Positions 1 to 11,734 of a stretch of DNA of 25,336 nt are shown in pieces. The stretch's first letter is position 1. Every line of letters begins with the position of its first letter. The translations under genes were made by a program, and so were the position numbers. This DNA is from a virus (taxonomy: Duplodnaviria; Heunggongvirae; Uroviricota; Caudoviricetes), in the IMG/VR virus record IMGVR_UViG_2706794669_000003, one strand, 5' to 3'. Below the pieces are notes generated by a model. It saw only the letters and a program-made list of their open reading frames with translations, was not told the origin of the DNA and did not search any database.

Positions 1-200
1 CCACGGGAATATCTGCGGCAGCGGGCTTGTAATGGGTTAAGTGATAACAGATGTCTGGAAATATAGGGGCAAATCCAATCGTCGCCGTATTCCCGTATTA
101 ACAGAGACCGTAGCCCGACGGGGAACTCCTTCTGCGCGAGTGTGCGGGAATAATCAAAAACGATGCACACCGGGGTTACCGGGTACACATATTTCATCAT
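1..200 (-). CDS. hypothetical protein, 5' portion only; ORF runs off the left window edge
   Basis: Minus-strand ATG-ATG at 200-195 (plus-strand cat cat). That frame has no stop (plus tta/cta/tca in register) down to position 1, about 66 codons, beginning MMKYVYPVTPVCIVFDYSRTLAQKEF. Same strand and direction as the two upstream accessory genes. No clear SD; the + ORF 41..244 on the opposite strand looks like Arg-rich junk. Weak call. Confidence 0.25.
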   Translation of the reverse strand, partial: MMKYVYPVTPVCIVFDYSRTLAQKEFPVGLRSLLIREYGDDWICPYISRHLLSLNPLQARCRRYSR

Positions 201-245
201 GCCAGCGAGTCCGGTTCTGGCACGGAAGAAACCGGACGTTATGAT

Positions 246-656
246 TTAGTGCGGAAATATTTGTGTAGTGTTCTGTATGTTCTCAGTAAAGAGTAATGAA
301 TTATCAAAGGTATAGTAATACCTTTTGTTTTCGTGGATATTTGTAATCCATCTGAAAACCCCTGCTGTAGCAAGATTTTTCCTGTATTCGTAAAATGATA
401 ACTCTCCTGATTTGAATCCTTTTAAGGTGGCTTCTATAAGGCATTTATTTTTTGAAAATCTTACATTTACAACCTTACCCTGTCCTTTTATTAAAACCGT
501 ATTATCGTTTTCAAGAACAAGATGAATATTCTCTGTGGCTAAATAGTAAATGTAATGTGAGACATTGTGACGTTTTAGTTCAGAATAAAACCAGTGATAG
601 TTTAAATTATTTCGCACTTTATCGAATATTTGTTTAAAAATGGCAACCTGAGCCAT
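246..656 (-). CDS. YbcV-like (DUF1398-type) lambdoid prophage accessory protein, function unknown
   Basis: Track ORF 246..671 (141 aa). Internal ATG at 656 is preceded by GAAGG 7 nt upstream, so I prefer the 136-aa form ([18 protein letters not shown]...). About 35% GC, far below the neighbouring phage genes. From memory it resembles E. coli DLP12 YbcV, which sits at this position before the terminase genes; not verified by search. Confidence 0.7.
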   Translation of the reverse strand: MAQVAIFKQIFDKVRNNLNYHWFYSELKRHNVSHYIYYLATENIHLVLENDNTVLIKGQGKVVNVRFSKNKCLIEATLKGFKSGELSFYEYRKNLATAGVFRWITNIHENKRYYYTFDNSLLFTENIQNTTQIFPH

Positions 657-713
657 TGTAGTACCTTCCATGTGATATGAGGGGGCGTAGTCTGCACGAT
701 TATCTAAATTGCT

Positions 714-947
714 TCAATCTGGTCTAACCTGTTTTCTGAGCAATTCAGTAATGTCACTCTTTTCTTTGTTTGCTTCAGGCGAAACTCTTTTTTCTGAGCA
801 CAGTCTCCGGCGGCAGGCTTCAATGACCCAGGCTGAGAAATTCCCGGACCCTTTTTGAACAAGAGCGATGTTAATTTGTTCAATCATTTGGTTAGGAAAG
901 CGGATGTTGCGGGTTGTTGTTCTGCGGGTTCTGTTCTTCGTTGACAT
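714..947 (-). CDS. small basic protein, YlcI/YnfO-like (DUF3950-type), possible DNA-binding or regulatory protein
   Basis: Track ORF 77 aa, MSTKNRTRRTTTRNIRFPNQMIEQINIALVQKGSGNFSAWVIEACRRRL... Arg-rich N-terminus followed by a short structured segment. Lies immediately upstream of and co-directional with the YbcV-like gene. Family assignment is from memory of lambdoid prophage gene order. Confidence 0.6.
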   Translation of the reverse strand: MSTKNRTRRTTTRNIRFPNQMIEQINIALVQKGSGNFSAWVIEACRRRLCSEKRVSPEANKEKSDITELLRKQVRPD

Positions 948-1109
948 GAGGTTGCCCTGTATTCAGTGTCGCTGATTTGTATTGTCTGAAGTTGTTTTTA
1001 CGTTAAGTTGATGCAGATCAATTAATACGATACCTGCGTCATAATTGATTATTTGACGTGGTTTGATGGCGTAGATGCACGTTGTGACATGTAGATGATA
1101 ATTATTATC

Positions 1110-1311
1110 ATTTTGCGGGTCCTTTCCGGCGATCCGACAGGTTACGGGGCGGAAGGCGCGCGGGTTTTCGCTATTTATGACAATTTTCCGGTTTAAGGCG
1201 TTTCCGTTCTTCTTCGCCGTAACCTAATGTTTTTATTTAAAACACCCCCTGAAAAGAAAGGAAACGACAGGTGCTGAAAACGGGCTTTTTGGCCTCTGTC
1301 GTTTCCTTTCT
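1110..1311. other. cos: cos packaging site: cosN nick region at 1147-1158, cosB with Nu1-binding repeats R3 (1199-1214), R2 (1255-1270, inverted) and R1 (1296-1311)
   Basis: ...gatccgacaggttacg|GGGCGGAAGGCG|cgcgggttttcgctatttatga... is nearly identical to the lambda cos junction as I recall it, except in the 3' half of the 12-nt cohesive-end sequence. CGTTTCC-type repeats follow in the R3/R2/R1 arrangement, directly upstream of Nu1. Confidence 0.85.
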
Positions 1312-1335
1312 CTGTTTTTGTCCGTGGAATGAACA

Positions 1336-1855
1336 ATGGAAGTCAACAAAAAGCAGCTGGCTGACATTTTCGGTGCGAGTATCCGTACCATTCAGAACTG
1401 GCAGGAACAGGGAATGCCCGTTCTGCGAGGCGGTGGCAAGGGTAATGAGGTGCTTTATGACTCTGCCGCCGTTATAAGATGGTATGCCGAAAGGGATGCT
1501 GAAATTGAGAACGAAAAGCTGCGCCGGGAAGTTGAAGAACTGCGGCAGGCCAGCGAGACAGATCTCCAGCCAGGGACTATTGAGTACGAACGCCATCGAC
1601 TTACGCGTGCGCAGGCCGACGCACAGGAGCTGAAAAATGCCAGAGACTCCGCTGAAGTGGTGGAAACCGCATTCTGTACTTTCGTGCTGTCGCGGATCGC
1701 AGGTGAAATTGCCAGTATTCTCGACGGGATCCCCCTGTCGGTGCAGCGGCGTTTTCCGGAACTGGAAAACCGACATGTTGATTTCCTGAAACGGGATATC
1801 ATCAAAGCCATGAACAAAGCAGCCGCGCTGGATGAACTGATACCGGGGTTGCTGA

Positions 1856-1881
<26 letters not shown>
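1336..1881 (+). CDS. Nu1: terminase small subunit
   Basis: 181-aa ORF. N-terminal HTH-like segment QLADIFGASIRTIQNWQEQGMPV. Starts just after cosB and overlaps the start of A. Length and sequence match lambda gpNu1 as I recall it. Confidence 0.97.
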
Positions 1882-5602
<3,721 letters not shown>

Positions 5603-5622
<20 letters not shown>

Positions 5623-6922
5623 TCTCCCGCATATTGCCAGCATGGCTTTTAATGAGCCGCTGATGCTTGAACCCGCCTATGCGCGGGTTTTCTTTTGTGC
5701 GCTTGCAGGCCAGCTTGGGATCAGCTGCCTGACGGATGCAGTATCCGGCGACAGCCTGACTGCCGGAGAGGCACCCGCGGCGCTGGCGTTATCCGGTGAT
5801 GATGACGGACCACGACAGGCCCGCAGTTATCAGGTAATGAACGGCATCGCCGTGCTGCCGGTGTCCGGCACGCTGGTCAGCCGGACGCGGGCGCTGCAGC
5901 CGTACTCGGGGATGACCGGTTACAACGGCATTATCGCCCGTCTGCAACAGGCTGCCAGCGACCCGATGGTGGACGGCATTCTGCTCGATATGGACACACC
6001 GGGCGGAATGGTGGCGGGAGCATTTGACTGCGCTGACATCATCGCCCGTGTGCGTGACATAAAGCCGGTATGGGCGCTGGCCAATGACATGAACTGCAGC
6101 GCAGGTCAGCTGCTTGCCAGTGCCGCCTCCCGGCGTCTGGTCACGCAGACCGCCCGGACAGGCTCCATCGGCGTCATGATGGCTCACAGTAATTACGGCG
6201 CTGCACTGGAGAAACAGGGCGTGGAAATCACGCTGATTTACAGCGGCAGCCATAAGGTGGATGGCAACCCCTACAGCCATCTACCGGATGATGTCCGGGA
6301 AACATTGCAGTCCCGGATGGATGCAACCCGCCGGATGTTTGCACAGAAGGTGTCGGCATATACCGGCCTGTCCGTGCAGGCTGTGCTGGATACCGAGGCT
6401 GCAGTGTACAGCGGTCAGGAGGCCATTGATGCCGGACTGGCTGATGAACTTGTTAACAGTACCGATGCGATCACCGTCATGCGTGATGCACTGGATGCAC
6501 GTAAATCCCGTCTCTCAGGAGGGCGAATGACCAAAGAGACTCAATCAACAACTGTTTCAGCCACTGCTTCGCAGGCTGACGTTACTGGCGTGGTGCAAGC
6601 GACGGAGGGCGAGAACGCCAGCGCGGCGCAGCCGGACGTGAACGCGCAGATCACCGCAGCGGTTGCGGCAGAAAACAGTCGCATTATGGGGATCCTCAAC
6701 TGTGAGGAGGCTCACGGACGCGAAGAACAGGCACGCGTGCTGGCCGAAACCCCCGGTATGACCGTGGAAACGGCCCGCCGTATTCTGGCCGCAGCACCAC
6801 AGAGTGCACAGACGCGCAGTGACACTGCGCTGGATCGTCTGATGCAGGGGGCACCGGCACCGCTGGCTGCAGGTAACCCGGCATCTGATGCCGTTAACGA
6901 TTTGCTGAACACACCAGTGTAA
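5603..6922 (+). CDS. C: prohead protease / head maturation protein (ClpP/SppA-like)
   Basis: GTG at 5603 preceded by aggaggagaa. Gives 439 aa starting (M)TAELRNLPHIASMAF, the lambda gpC length, and overlaps the B 3' end by 20 nt. The track ORF starts further upstream (5468) inside B. Confidence 0.9.
6317..6922 (+). CDS. Nu3: capsid scaffolding protein, nested in-frame within the 3' third of C
   Basis: In-frame ATG at 6317 (MDATRRMFAQKVSAYTGL...) to the C stop gives 201 aa, matching the lambda Nu3 arrangement. The nested start is assigned by analogy. Confidence 0.75.
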   Translation: MDATRRMFAQKVSAYTGLSVQAVLDTEAAVYSGQEAIDAGLADELVNSTDAITVMRDALDARKSRLSGGRMTKETQSTTVSATASQADVTGVVQATEGENASAAQPDVNAQITAAVAAENSRIMGILNCEEAHGREEQARVLAETPGMTVETARRILAAAPQSAQTRSDTALDRLMQGAPAPLAAGNPASDAVNDLLNTPV

Positions 6923-6931
6923 GGGATGTTT

Positions 6932-7264
6932 ATGACGAGCAAAGAAACCTTTACCCATTACCAGCCGCTGGGCAATAGTGACCCGGCTCATACCGCAACC
7001 GCGCCCGGCGGATTGAGTGCGAAAGCGCCTGCAATGACCCCGCTGATGCTGGACACCTCCACCCGTAAGCTGGTTGCGTGGGATGGCACCACCGACGGTG
7101 CTGCCGTTGGCATTCTTGCGGTTGCTGCTGACCAGACCAGCACCACACTGACGTTCTACAAGTCCGGCACGTTCCGTTATGAGGATGTGCTCTGGCCGGA
7201 GGCTGCCAGCGACGAGACGAAAAAACGGACCGTGTTTGCCGGAACGGCAATCAGCATCGTTTAA
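6932..7264 (+). CDS. D: head decoration protein
   Basis: 110 aa from the second ATG ([27 protein letters not shown]...). The track ORF starts 2 codons earlier at 6926. Length and sequence match lambda gpD. Confidence 0.93.
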   Translation: MTSKETFTHYQPLGNSDPAHTATAPGGLSAKAPAMTPLMLDTSTRKLVAWDGTTDGAAVGILAVAADQTSTTLTFYKSGTFRYEDVLWPEAASDETKKRTVFAGTAISIV

Positions 7265-7285
7265 CTTTACCCTTCATCACTAAAG

Positions 7286-7306
7286 GCCGCCTGTGTGGCT
7301 TTTTTT
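7286..7306 (+). terminator. terminator-like hairpin plus U7 tract in the D-E intergenic region
   Basis: GCCGC-ctgt-GTGGC stem (one G-U pair) at 7286-7299, followed by ttttttt at 7300-7306. Confidence 0.35.
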
Positions 7307-7319
7307 ACGGGATTTTTTT

Positions 7320-8345
7320 ATGTCGATGTACACAACCGCCCAGCTGCTGGCGGCAAATGAGCAGAAATTTAAGTTTGATCCGCTGTTTCTGCGTCTCTTT
7401 TTCCGTGAGAGCTATCCCTTCACTACGGAGAAAGTCTATCTCTCACAAATTCCGGGACTGGTAAACATGGCGCTGTACGTTTCGCCGATTGTTTCCGGTG
7501 AGGTTATCCGTTCCCGTGGCGGCTCCACCTCTGAATTTACGCCGGGATATGTCAAACCCAAGCATGAGGTGAATCCGCAGATGACCCTGCGTCGCCTGCC
7601 GGATGAAGATCCGCAGAATCTGGCGGACCCGGCTTACCGCCGCCGTCGCATCATCATGCAGAACATGCGTGACGAAGAGCTGGCCATTGCTCAGGTCGAA
7701 GAGATGCAGGCAGTTTCTGCCGTGCTCAAGGGCAAATACACCATGACCGGTGAAGCCTTCGATCCGGTTGAGGTGGATATGGGCCGCAGTGCGGCGAACA
7801 ACATCACACAGTCCGGCGTCACGGAGTGGAGCAAGCGTGACAAGTCCACGTATGACCCGACCGACGATATCGAAGCCTACGCGCTGAACGCCAGCGGTGT
7901 GGTGAATATCATCGTGTTTGACCCGAAAGGCTGGGCGCTGTTCCGTTCCTTCAAAGCCGTCAAGGAGAAGCTGGATACCCGTCGCGGCTCTCATTCCGAG
8001 CTGGAGACAGCGGTAAAAGACCTGGGCAAAGCGGTGTCCTATAAGGGAATGTATGGCGATGTGGCCATCGTCGTGTATTCCGGACAGTACGTGGAAAACG
8101 GCGTCAAAAAGAACTTCCTGCCGGACAACACGATGGTGCTGGGGAACACTCAGGCTCGCGGTCTGCGCACCTATGGCTGCATTCAGGATGCGGACGCACA
8201 GCGCGAAGGCATTAACGCTTCTGCCCGTTACCCGAAAAACTGGGTGACCACCGGCGATCCGGCGCGTGAGTTCACCATGATTCAGTCAGCACCGCTGATG
8301 CTGCTGGCTGATCCTGATGAGTTCGTGTCCGTTCAACTGGCGTAA
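7320..8345 (+). CDS. E: major capsid protein
   Basis: 341 aa from ATG 7320 (MSMYTTAQLLAANEQKFKFDPLF...). Lambda gpE length and sequence. The track ORF begins upstream at 7293. Confidence 0.97.
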   Translation: MSMYTTAQLLAANEQKFKFDPLFLRLFFRESYPFTTEKVYLSQIPGLVNMALYVSPIVSGEVIRSRGGSTSEFTPGYVKPKHEVNPQMTLRRLPDEDPQNLADPAYRRRRIIMQNMRDEELAIAQVEEMQAVSAVLKGKYTMTGEAFDPVEVDMGRSAANNITQSGVTEWSKRDKSTYDPTDDIEAYALNASGVVNIIVFDPKGWALFRSFKAVKEKLDTRRGSHSELETAVKDLGKAVSYKGMYGDVAIVVYSGQYVENGVKKNFLPDNTMVLGNTQARGLRTYGCIQDADAQREGINASARYPKNWVTTGDPAREFTMIQSAPLMLLADPDEFVSVQLA

Positions 8346-8347
8346 TC

Positions 8348-8374
8348 ATGGCCCTTCGGGGCCATTTTCTCTCT
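8348..8374 (+). terminator. strong hairpin (UUCG tetraloop) plus U-rich tract immediately after E
   Basis: ATGGCCC-ttcg-GGGCCAT: 7-bp stem at 8348-8354/8359-8365, followed by ttttctctct. Confidence 0.4.
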
Positions 8375-8386
8375 GTGGAGGAGTTC

Positions 8387-8785
8387 ATGACGAAAGATGA
8401 ACTGATTGCCCGTCTTCAGGAGCTGGGTGAGCAATTGAACCGCGATGTCAGTTTGACGGGAACGAAAGAAGAACTGGCGCTTCGTGTGGCAGAGCTGGAA
8501 GAAGAGCTTGATGACACGGATGAAACTGCCGGTCAGGACACCCCTCTCAGCCGGGAAAATGTGCTGACCGGGCATGAAAATGAGGTGGTATCAGCGCAGC
8601 CGGATACCGTGATTCAGGATACGGCTGAACTGGTCACGGTCGTGGCACTGGTGACGCTGCATACTGATGCACTTCACGCCACGCGGGATAAACCTGTGGC
8701 ATTTGTGCTGCCGGGAACGGCGTTTCGTGTCTCTGCCGGTGTGGCAGCCGAAATGACAGAGCGCGGCCTGGCCAGAATGCAATAA
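8387..8785 (+). CDS. FI: DNA packaging / head assembly protein FI
   Basis: 132 aa from ATG 8387 (MTKDELIARLQELGEQLNRDVSL...), SD ggaggag upstream. The track ORF starts at 8348. Confidence 0.92.
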   Translation: MTKDELIARLQELGEQLNRDVSLTGTKEELALRVAELEEELDDTDETAGQDTPLSRENVLTGHENEVVSAQPDTVIQDTAELVTVVALVTLHTDALHATRDKPVAFVLPGTAFRVSAGVAAEMTERGLARMQ

Positions 8786-8796
8786 CGGGAGGCGCT

Positions 8797-9150
8797 GTGG
8801 CTGATTTCGATAACCTGTTCGATGCTGCCATTGCCCGCGCCGATGAAACGATACGCGGGTACATGGGAACGTCAGCCACCATGACATCCGGTGAGCAGTC
8901 AGGTGCGGTGATACGTGGTGTTTTTGATGACCCTGAAAATATCAGCTATGCCGGACAGGGCGTGCGCGTTGAAGGCTCCAGCCCGTCCCTGTTTGTCCGG
9001 ACTGATGAGGTGCGGCAGCTGCGGCGTGGAGACACGCTGACCATCGGTGAGGAAAATTTCTGGGTAGATCGGGTTTCGCCGGATGATGGCGGAAGTTGTC
9101 ATCTCTGGCTTGGACGGGGCGTACCGCCTGCCGTTAACCGTCGCCGCTGA
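8797..9150 (+). CDS. FII: head-tail connector protein FII
   Basis: 117 aa, GTG start (MADFDNLFDAAIARADETIRGYMG...). Lambda gpFII length and position. Confidence 0.93.
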   Translation: MADFDNLFDAAIARADETIRGYMGTSATMTSGEQSGAVIRGVFDDPENISYAGQGVRVEGSSPSLFVRTDEVRQLRRGDTLTIGEENFWVDRVSPDDGGSCHLWLGRGVPPAVNRRR

Positions 9151-9161
9151 AAGGGGGATGT

Positions 9162-9740
9162 ATGGCCATAAAAGGTCTTGAGCAGGCCGTTGAAAACCTC
9201 AGCCGTATCAGCAAAACGGCGGTGCCCGGTGCCGCCGCAATGGCCATTAACCGCGTTGCTTCATCCGCGATATCGCAGTCTGCGTCACAGGTTGCCCGTG
9301 AGACAAAGGTACGCCGGAAACTGGTAAAGGAAAGGGCCAGGCTGAAAAGGGCCACGGTCAAAAATCCGCAGGCCAGAATCAAAGTTAACCGGGGGGATTT
9401 GCCCGTAATCAAGCTGGGTAATGCGCGGGTTGTCCTGTCCCGCCGCAGGCGTCATAAAAAGGGGCAGCGTTCATCCCTGAAAGGTGGCGGCAGCGTGCTT
9501 GTGGTGGGTAACCGTCGTATTCCCGGCGCGTTTATTCAGCAACTGAAAAACGGCCGGTGGCATGTTATGCAGCGTGTGGCCGGGAAAAACCGTTACCCCA
9601 TTGATGTGGTGAAAATCCCGATGGCGGTGCCGCTGACCACGGCGTTTAAACAGAATATTGAACGGATACGGCGTGAACGTCTTCCGAAAGAGCTGGGCTA
9701 TGCGCTGCAGCATCAACTGAGAATGGTAATAAAGCGATGA
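9162..9740 (+). CDS. Z: tail completion protein Z
   Basis: 192 aa. Lambda gpZ length and position; stop overlaps the U start. Confidence 0.93.
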   Translation: MAIKGLEQAVENLSRISKTAVPGAAAMAINRVASSAISQSASQVARETKVRRKLVKERARLKRATVKNPQARIKVNRGDLPVIKLGNARVVLSRRRRHKKGQRSSLKGGGSVLVVGNRRIPGAFIQQLKNGRWHVMQRVAGKNRYPIDVVKIPMAVPLTTAFKQNIERIRRERLPKELGYALQHQLRMVIKR

Positions 9741-10132
9741 AACATACTGAACTCCGTGCAGCCGTACTGGATGCACTGGAGAAGCATGACACCGGGGCGA
9801 CGCTTTTTGATGGTCGCCCCGCTGTTTTTGATGAGGAAGATTTTCCGGCAATTGCCGTTTATCTCACCGGCGCTGAATACACGGGCGAAGAGCTGGACAG
9901 CGATACCTGGCAGGCGGAGCTGCATATTGAAGTTTTCCTGCCTGCTCAGGTGCCGGATTCAGAGCTGGATTCGTGGATGGAGTCCCGGATTTATCCTGTG
10001 ATGAGCGATATCCCGGCACTGTCAGATTTGATCACCAGTATGGTGGCCAGCGGCTATGACTACCGGCGCGACGATGATGCGGGCCTGTGGAGTTCAGCCG
10101 ATCTGACTTATGTCATTATCTATGAAATGTGA
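9737..10132 (+). CDS. U: tail terminator protein U
   Basis: 131 aa [26 protein letters not shown]... Lambda gpU length and position. Confidence 0.95.
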   Translation: MKHTELRAAVLDALEKHDTGATLFDGRPAVFDEEDFPAIAVYLTGAEYTGEELDSDTWQAELHIEVFLPAQVPDSELDSWMESRIYPVMSDIPALSDLITSMVASGYDYRRDDDAGLWSSADLTYVIIYEM

Positions 10133-10139
10133 GGACGCT

Positions 10140-10880
10140 ATGCCTGTACCAAATCCTACAATGCCGGTGAAAGGTGCCGGGACCACCCTGTGGGTTTATA
10201 AGGGGAGCGGTGACCCTTATGCGAACCCGCTTTCAGACGTTGACTGGTCGCGTCTGGCAAAAGTTAAAGACCTGACGCCCGGCGAACTGACCGCTGAGTC
10301 CTATGACGACAGCTATCTCGATGATGAAGATGCAGACTGGACTGCGACCGGGCAGGGGCAGAAATCTGCCGGAGATACCAGCTTCACGCTGGCGTGGATG
10401 CCCGGAGAGCAGGGGCAGCAGGCGCTGCTGGCGTGGTTTAATGAAGGTGATACCCGTGCCTATAAAATCCGCTTCCCGAACGGCACGGTCGATGTGTTCC
10501 GTGGCTGGGTCAGCAGTATCGGTAAGGCGGTGACGGCGAAGGAGGTGATTACCCGCACGGTGAAGGTCACCAATGTGGGACGTCCGTCGATGGCAGAAGA
10601 TCGCAGCACGGTGACGGCGACGACCGGCATGACGGTGACACCCGCCAGTGCTTCCGTAGTGAAAGGGCAGAGCACCACGCTGACCGTGGCATTCCAGCCG
10701 GATGGCGCAACCGACAAGAGCTTCCGTGCGGTGTCTGCGGATAAAACAAAAGCCACCGTGTCGGTCAGTGGTATGACCATCACCGTGAAAGGTGTTGCTG
10801 CAGGCAAGGTCAACATTCCGGTCGTATCTGGTAATGGTGAGTTTGCTGCGGTTGCAGAAATCAACGTCACCGCCAGTTAA
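10140..10880 (+). CDS. V: major tail tube protein
   Basis: 246 aa from ATG 10140 ([22 protein letters not shown]...), SD gaggacgct. C-terminal Ig-like region ([23 protein letters not shown]). The track ORF starts at 10110. Confidence 0.95.
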   Translation: MPVPNPTMPVKGAGTTLWVYKGSGDPYANPLSDVDWSRLAKVKDLTPGELTAESYDDSYLDDEDADWTATGQGQKSAGDTSFTLAWMPGEQGQQALLAWFNEGDTRAYKIRFPNGTVDVFRGWVSSIGKAVTAKEVITRTVKVTNVGRPSMAEDRSTVTATTGMTVTPASASVVKGQSTTLTVAFQPDGATDKSFRAVSADKTKATVSVSGMTITVKGVAAGKVNIPVVSGNGEFAAVAEINVTAS

Positions 10881-10895
10881 TCCGGAGAGTCAGCG

Positions 10896-11318
10896 ATGTT
10901 CCTGAAAACCGAATCATTTGAACATAACGGTGTGACCGTCACGCTTTCTGAACTGTCAGCCCTGCAGCGTATTGAGCATCTCGACCTGATGAAACGGCAG
11001 GCAGAACAGGCGGAGTCAGACAGCAACCGGAAGTTTACTGTGGAAGACGCCATCAGAACCGGCGCTTTTGTGGTTGCGATGTCCCTGTGGCATAACCATC
11101 CGAAGAAGACGCAGATGCCGTCCATGAATGAAGCCGTTAAACAGATTGAGCAGGAAGTGCTTACCACCTGGCCCACAGAGGCAATTTCTCATGCTGAAAA
11201 CGTGGTGTACCGGCTGTCCGGTATGTATGAGTTTGTGGTGAATGATGCTCCTGAACAGGCAGAGGACGCCGGGCCTGCAGAGCCTGTTTCTGCGGGAAAG
11301 TGTTCGACGGTGAGCTGA
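10896..11318 (+). CDS. G: tail assembly chaperone G
   Basis: 140 aa, lambda gpG position. Ends shortly after the slippery heptamer. Confidence 0.93.
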   Translation: MFLKTESFEHNGVTVTLSELSALQRIEHLDLMKRQAEQAESDSNRKFTVEDAIRTGAFVVAMSLWHNHPKKTQMPSMNEAVKQIEQEVLTTWPTEAISHAENVVYRLSGMYEFVVNDAPEQAEDAGPAEPVSAGKCSTVS

Positions 11319-11734
11319 GTTTTGCCCTGAAACTGGCGCGTGAGATGGGGCGACCCGACTGGCGCGCCATGCTTGCCGGGATGTCATCCACGGAGTATGC
11401 CGACTGGCACCGCTTTTACAGTACCCATTATTTTCATGATGTTCTGCTGGATATGCACTTTTCCGGGCTGACGTACACCGTGCTCAGCCTGTTTTTCAGC
11501 GATCCGGAGATGCATCCGCTGGATTTCAGTCTGCTGAACCGGCGCGAGGCTGACGAAGAGCCTGAAGATGATGTGCTGATGCAGAAAGCGGCAGGGCTTG
11601 CCGGAGGTGTCCGCTTTGGCCCGGACGGGAATGAAGTTATCCCCGCTTCCCCGGATGTGGCGGACATGACGGAGGATGACGTAATGCTGATGACAGTATC
11701 AGAAGGGATCGCAGGAGGAGTCCGGTATGGCTGA
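10896..11734 (+). CDS. T: tail assembly chaperone G-T fusion made by programmed -1 ribosomal frameshift
   Basis: Slippery G GGA AAG at 11294-11300 near the G 3' end. The -1 frame continues ...GKVFDGELSFALKLAREMGRPDW... to a stop at 11734, overlapping the H start. This is the conserved G/G-T arrangement. Confidence 0.8.
11294..11300 (+). promoter_or_regulatory. -1 programmed frameshift slippery site (G GGA AAG)
   Basis: Heptamer GGGAAAG sits in the G frame as G GGA AAG, at the position where the T frame opens. Confidence 0.8.

Noticed and set aside
41-244. 67-aa plus-strand ORF at the left edge.
   Set aside because: Arg-rich translation with no SD, opposite in orientation to the local accessory cassette. 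The minus-strand frame over the same bases is the more plausible coding frame, and even that is weak.
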